From NCBI GenBank assembly GCA_038061595.1, contig JBBTYZ010000024.1, forward strand, positions 1 through 36,637: a DNA stretch of 36,637 nt. The letters are read 5' to 3'. Shown here piece after piece: positions 35,722 through 36,637 of the stretch. Every line of letters starts with the position of its first letter. Within the stretch, counting starts at the first letter, position 1. The notes beneath the pieces are model-generated. The model made no database searches and had not been told where the DNA came from. It was given only the letters and a program-made list of their open reading frames with translations. Origin of the DNA: Patescibacteria group bacterium. GTDB taxonomy: Bacteria > Patescibacteriota > Minisyncoccia > UBA6257 > GWB1-50-10. The position numbers were made by a program, and so were the translations under genes.

Positions 35722-36637
35722 ATGAAAAAAAACATTTTATTTAAAGCCATAATCTTGATTGGTGTTTTCATAACCCTTTCTGCGGTTGTCTCGGCAGCCG
35801 AACCATTGAGTTTAAAATTCTCCGGACCGAGTGGGCCTGCGGGAGGTGATTTCATAGGTTATGTTTCGCGTTTATATGTTTTTGCAGTCGGAGTCGCCGG
35901 AGTGTTTGCGGTTGGAATGATTGTCGCAGGAGCAATAATATACTCAACCTCCGGCGGAGGCGATAGGAAAAGGGAGGGTATAAACTACATAACGTCGGCT
36001 TTATGGGGCGTGGCTCTACTCTTGGGGTCTTACCTGATTCTCAAAACCGTAAATCCTCGGCTAGTAGAATTAAGAGAGCCTAGTATTGAGCGATTGAGTC
36101 CGTGTACCGCCGCAACAGCATCGGGAACTCCGTGTACTGGTAATTATTCATATTCTTCTGCTGGCACACCGGCAGGTCAGTGTCCGAACGCATCTAATAC
36201 GTCTTGTTTTTTTAATCCGTCGGCGCCTAGTTCAACTTCCGCGTGCAATTTTCAAAACGAAGACGAATCCTGTCTATCAATAAACAAATCCACTCAGGCA
36301 TGCAGGGTTCCTTCTTTATCCAACTTCCCAAGACCAGGCAATGCCGGATGTGTTTGTCCTAACTGCACTCCTTTAATAGGCTTCCCTGTTACAGAAACTG
36401 CTTGTGGGGGCAATATAAGCCAACAAGCTGGCCTTGGTGTTTGTTTTTTGGAAGAAAGCGTTAAGGACAAGGCTCGGGTTTTCGTGGGTATTATGAGCCC
36501 ATTTAACTGGAAAATTACCGAGGGCTTTCCACCTATTAACGCGCACCAGACTACTTGTCACTATACTGGTCGCTGTTTCGATTTTTCGGTGCAATCGCCA
36601 AACTTTTCGTCTAGTGAATTTTGTACTCGGTTAAAAT
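35722..36637 (+). CDS. VirB2-like pilin fused to a Cys-rich linker and a Hedgehog/DD-peptidase-like domain (3' end outside window)
   Basis: Manually translated, open to the window end: signal peptide, MIVAGAIIYSTSGGG..ITSALWGVALLLGSYLILKTVNP (pilin), 15 Cys, WKITEGFPPINAHQTTCHYTGRCFD. Confidence 0.8.
   Translation, partial: MKKNILFKAIILIGVFITLSAVVSAAEPLSLKFSGPSGPAGGDFIGYVSRLYVFAVGVAGVFAVGMIVAGAIIYSTSGGGDRKREGINYITSALWGVALLLGSYLILKTVNPRLVELREPSIERLSPCTAATASGTPCTGNYSYSSAGTPAGQCPNASNTSCFFNPSAPSSTSACNFQNEDESCLSINKSTQACRVPSLSNFPRPGNAGCVCPNCTPLIGFPVTETACGGNISQQAGLGVCFLEESVKDKARVFVGIMSPFNWKITEGFPPINAHQTTCHYTGRCFDFSVQSPNFSSSEFCTRLK

Noticed and set aside
25439-36637. Conjugative element (ICE) or plasmid
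   Set aside because: No relaxase, integrase or att sites in the window, and the cluster is operonic with rsmA; regions beyond the edge cannot be assessed.

Overview
This is a chromosomal segment with the gene content typical of a Patescibacteria (CPR, probably Parcubacteria) genome, in standard genetic code. The AT-rich, largely SD-less backbone carries gyrA, an S1 protein, recA, ftsK, a RodZ-like HTH protein, a split phosphomannomutase, yraN-dksA-comM, a LysM/M23 peptidase, rsmA and tRNA-Leu(TAG). It also holds three VirB2-like pilins and the Patescibacteria-type T4SS cluster (VirB6-like, PrgI, VirB4 N-terminal partner, VirB4, Cys-rich pilin). Orphan cassettes are interspersed, most visibly GC-richer, typically with a TTGACA promoter, a Shine-Dalgarno site and a terminator. 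The most unusual signals are: (1) two related ~120-130 bp hairpin elements sitting exactly between a stop and a start codon, before a pilin and before virB4, each holding a uORF that ends 3-4 nt before the ATG; (2) two ~270 bp Y-shaped palindromic elements sharing an internal module; (3) a 16-bp parS-like palindrome in four copies, three of them helically phased; (4) a pilin fused to a Hedgehog/DD-peptidase-like domain. All calls come from manual reading and motif recognition; no searches were run.
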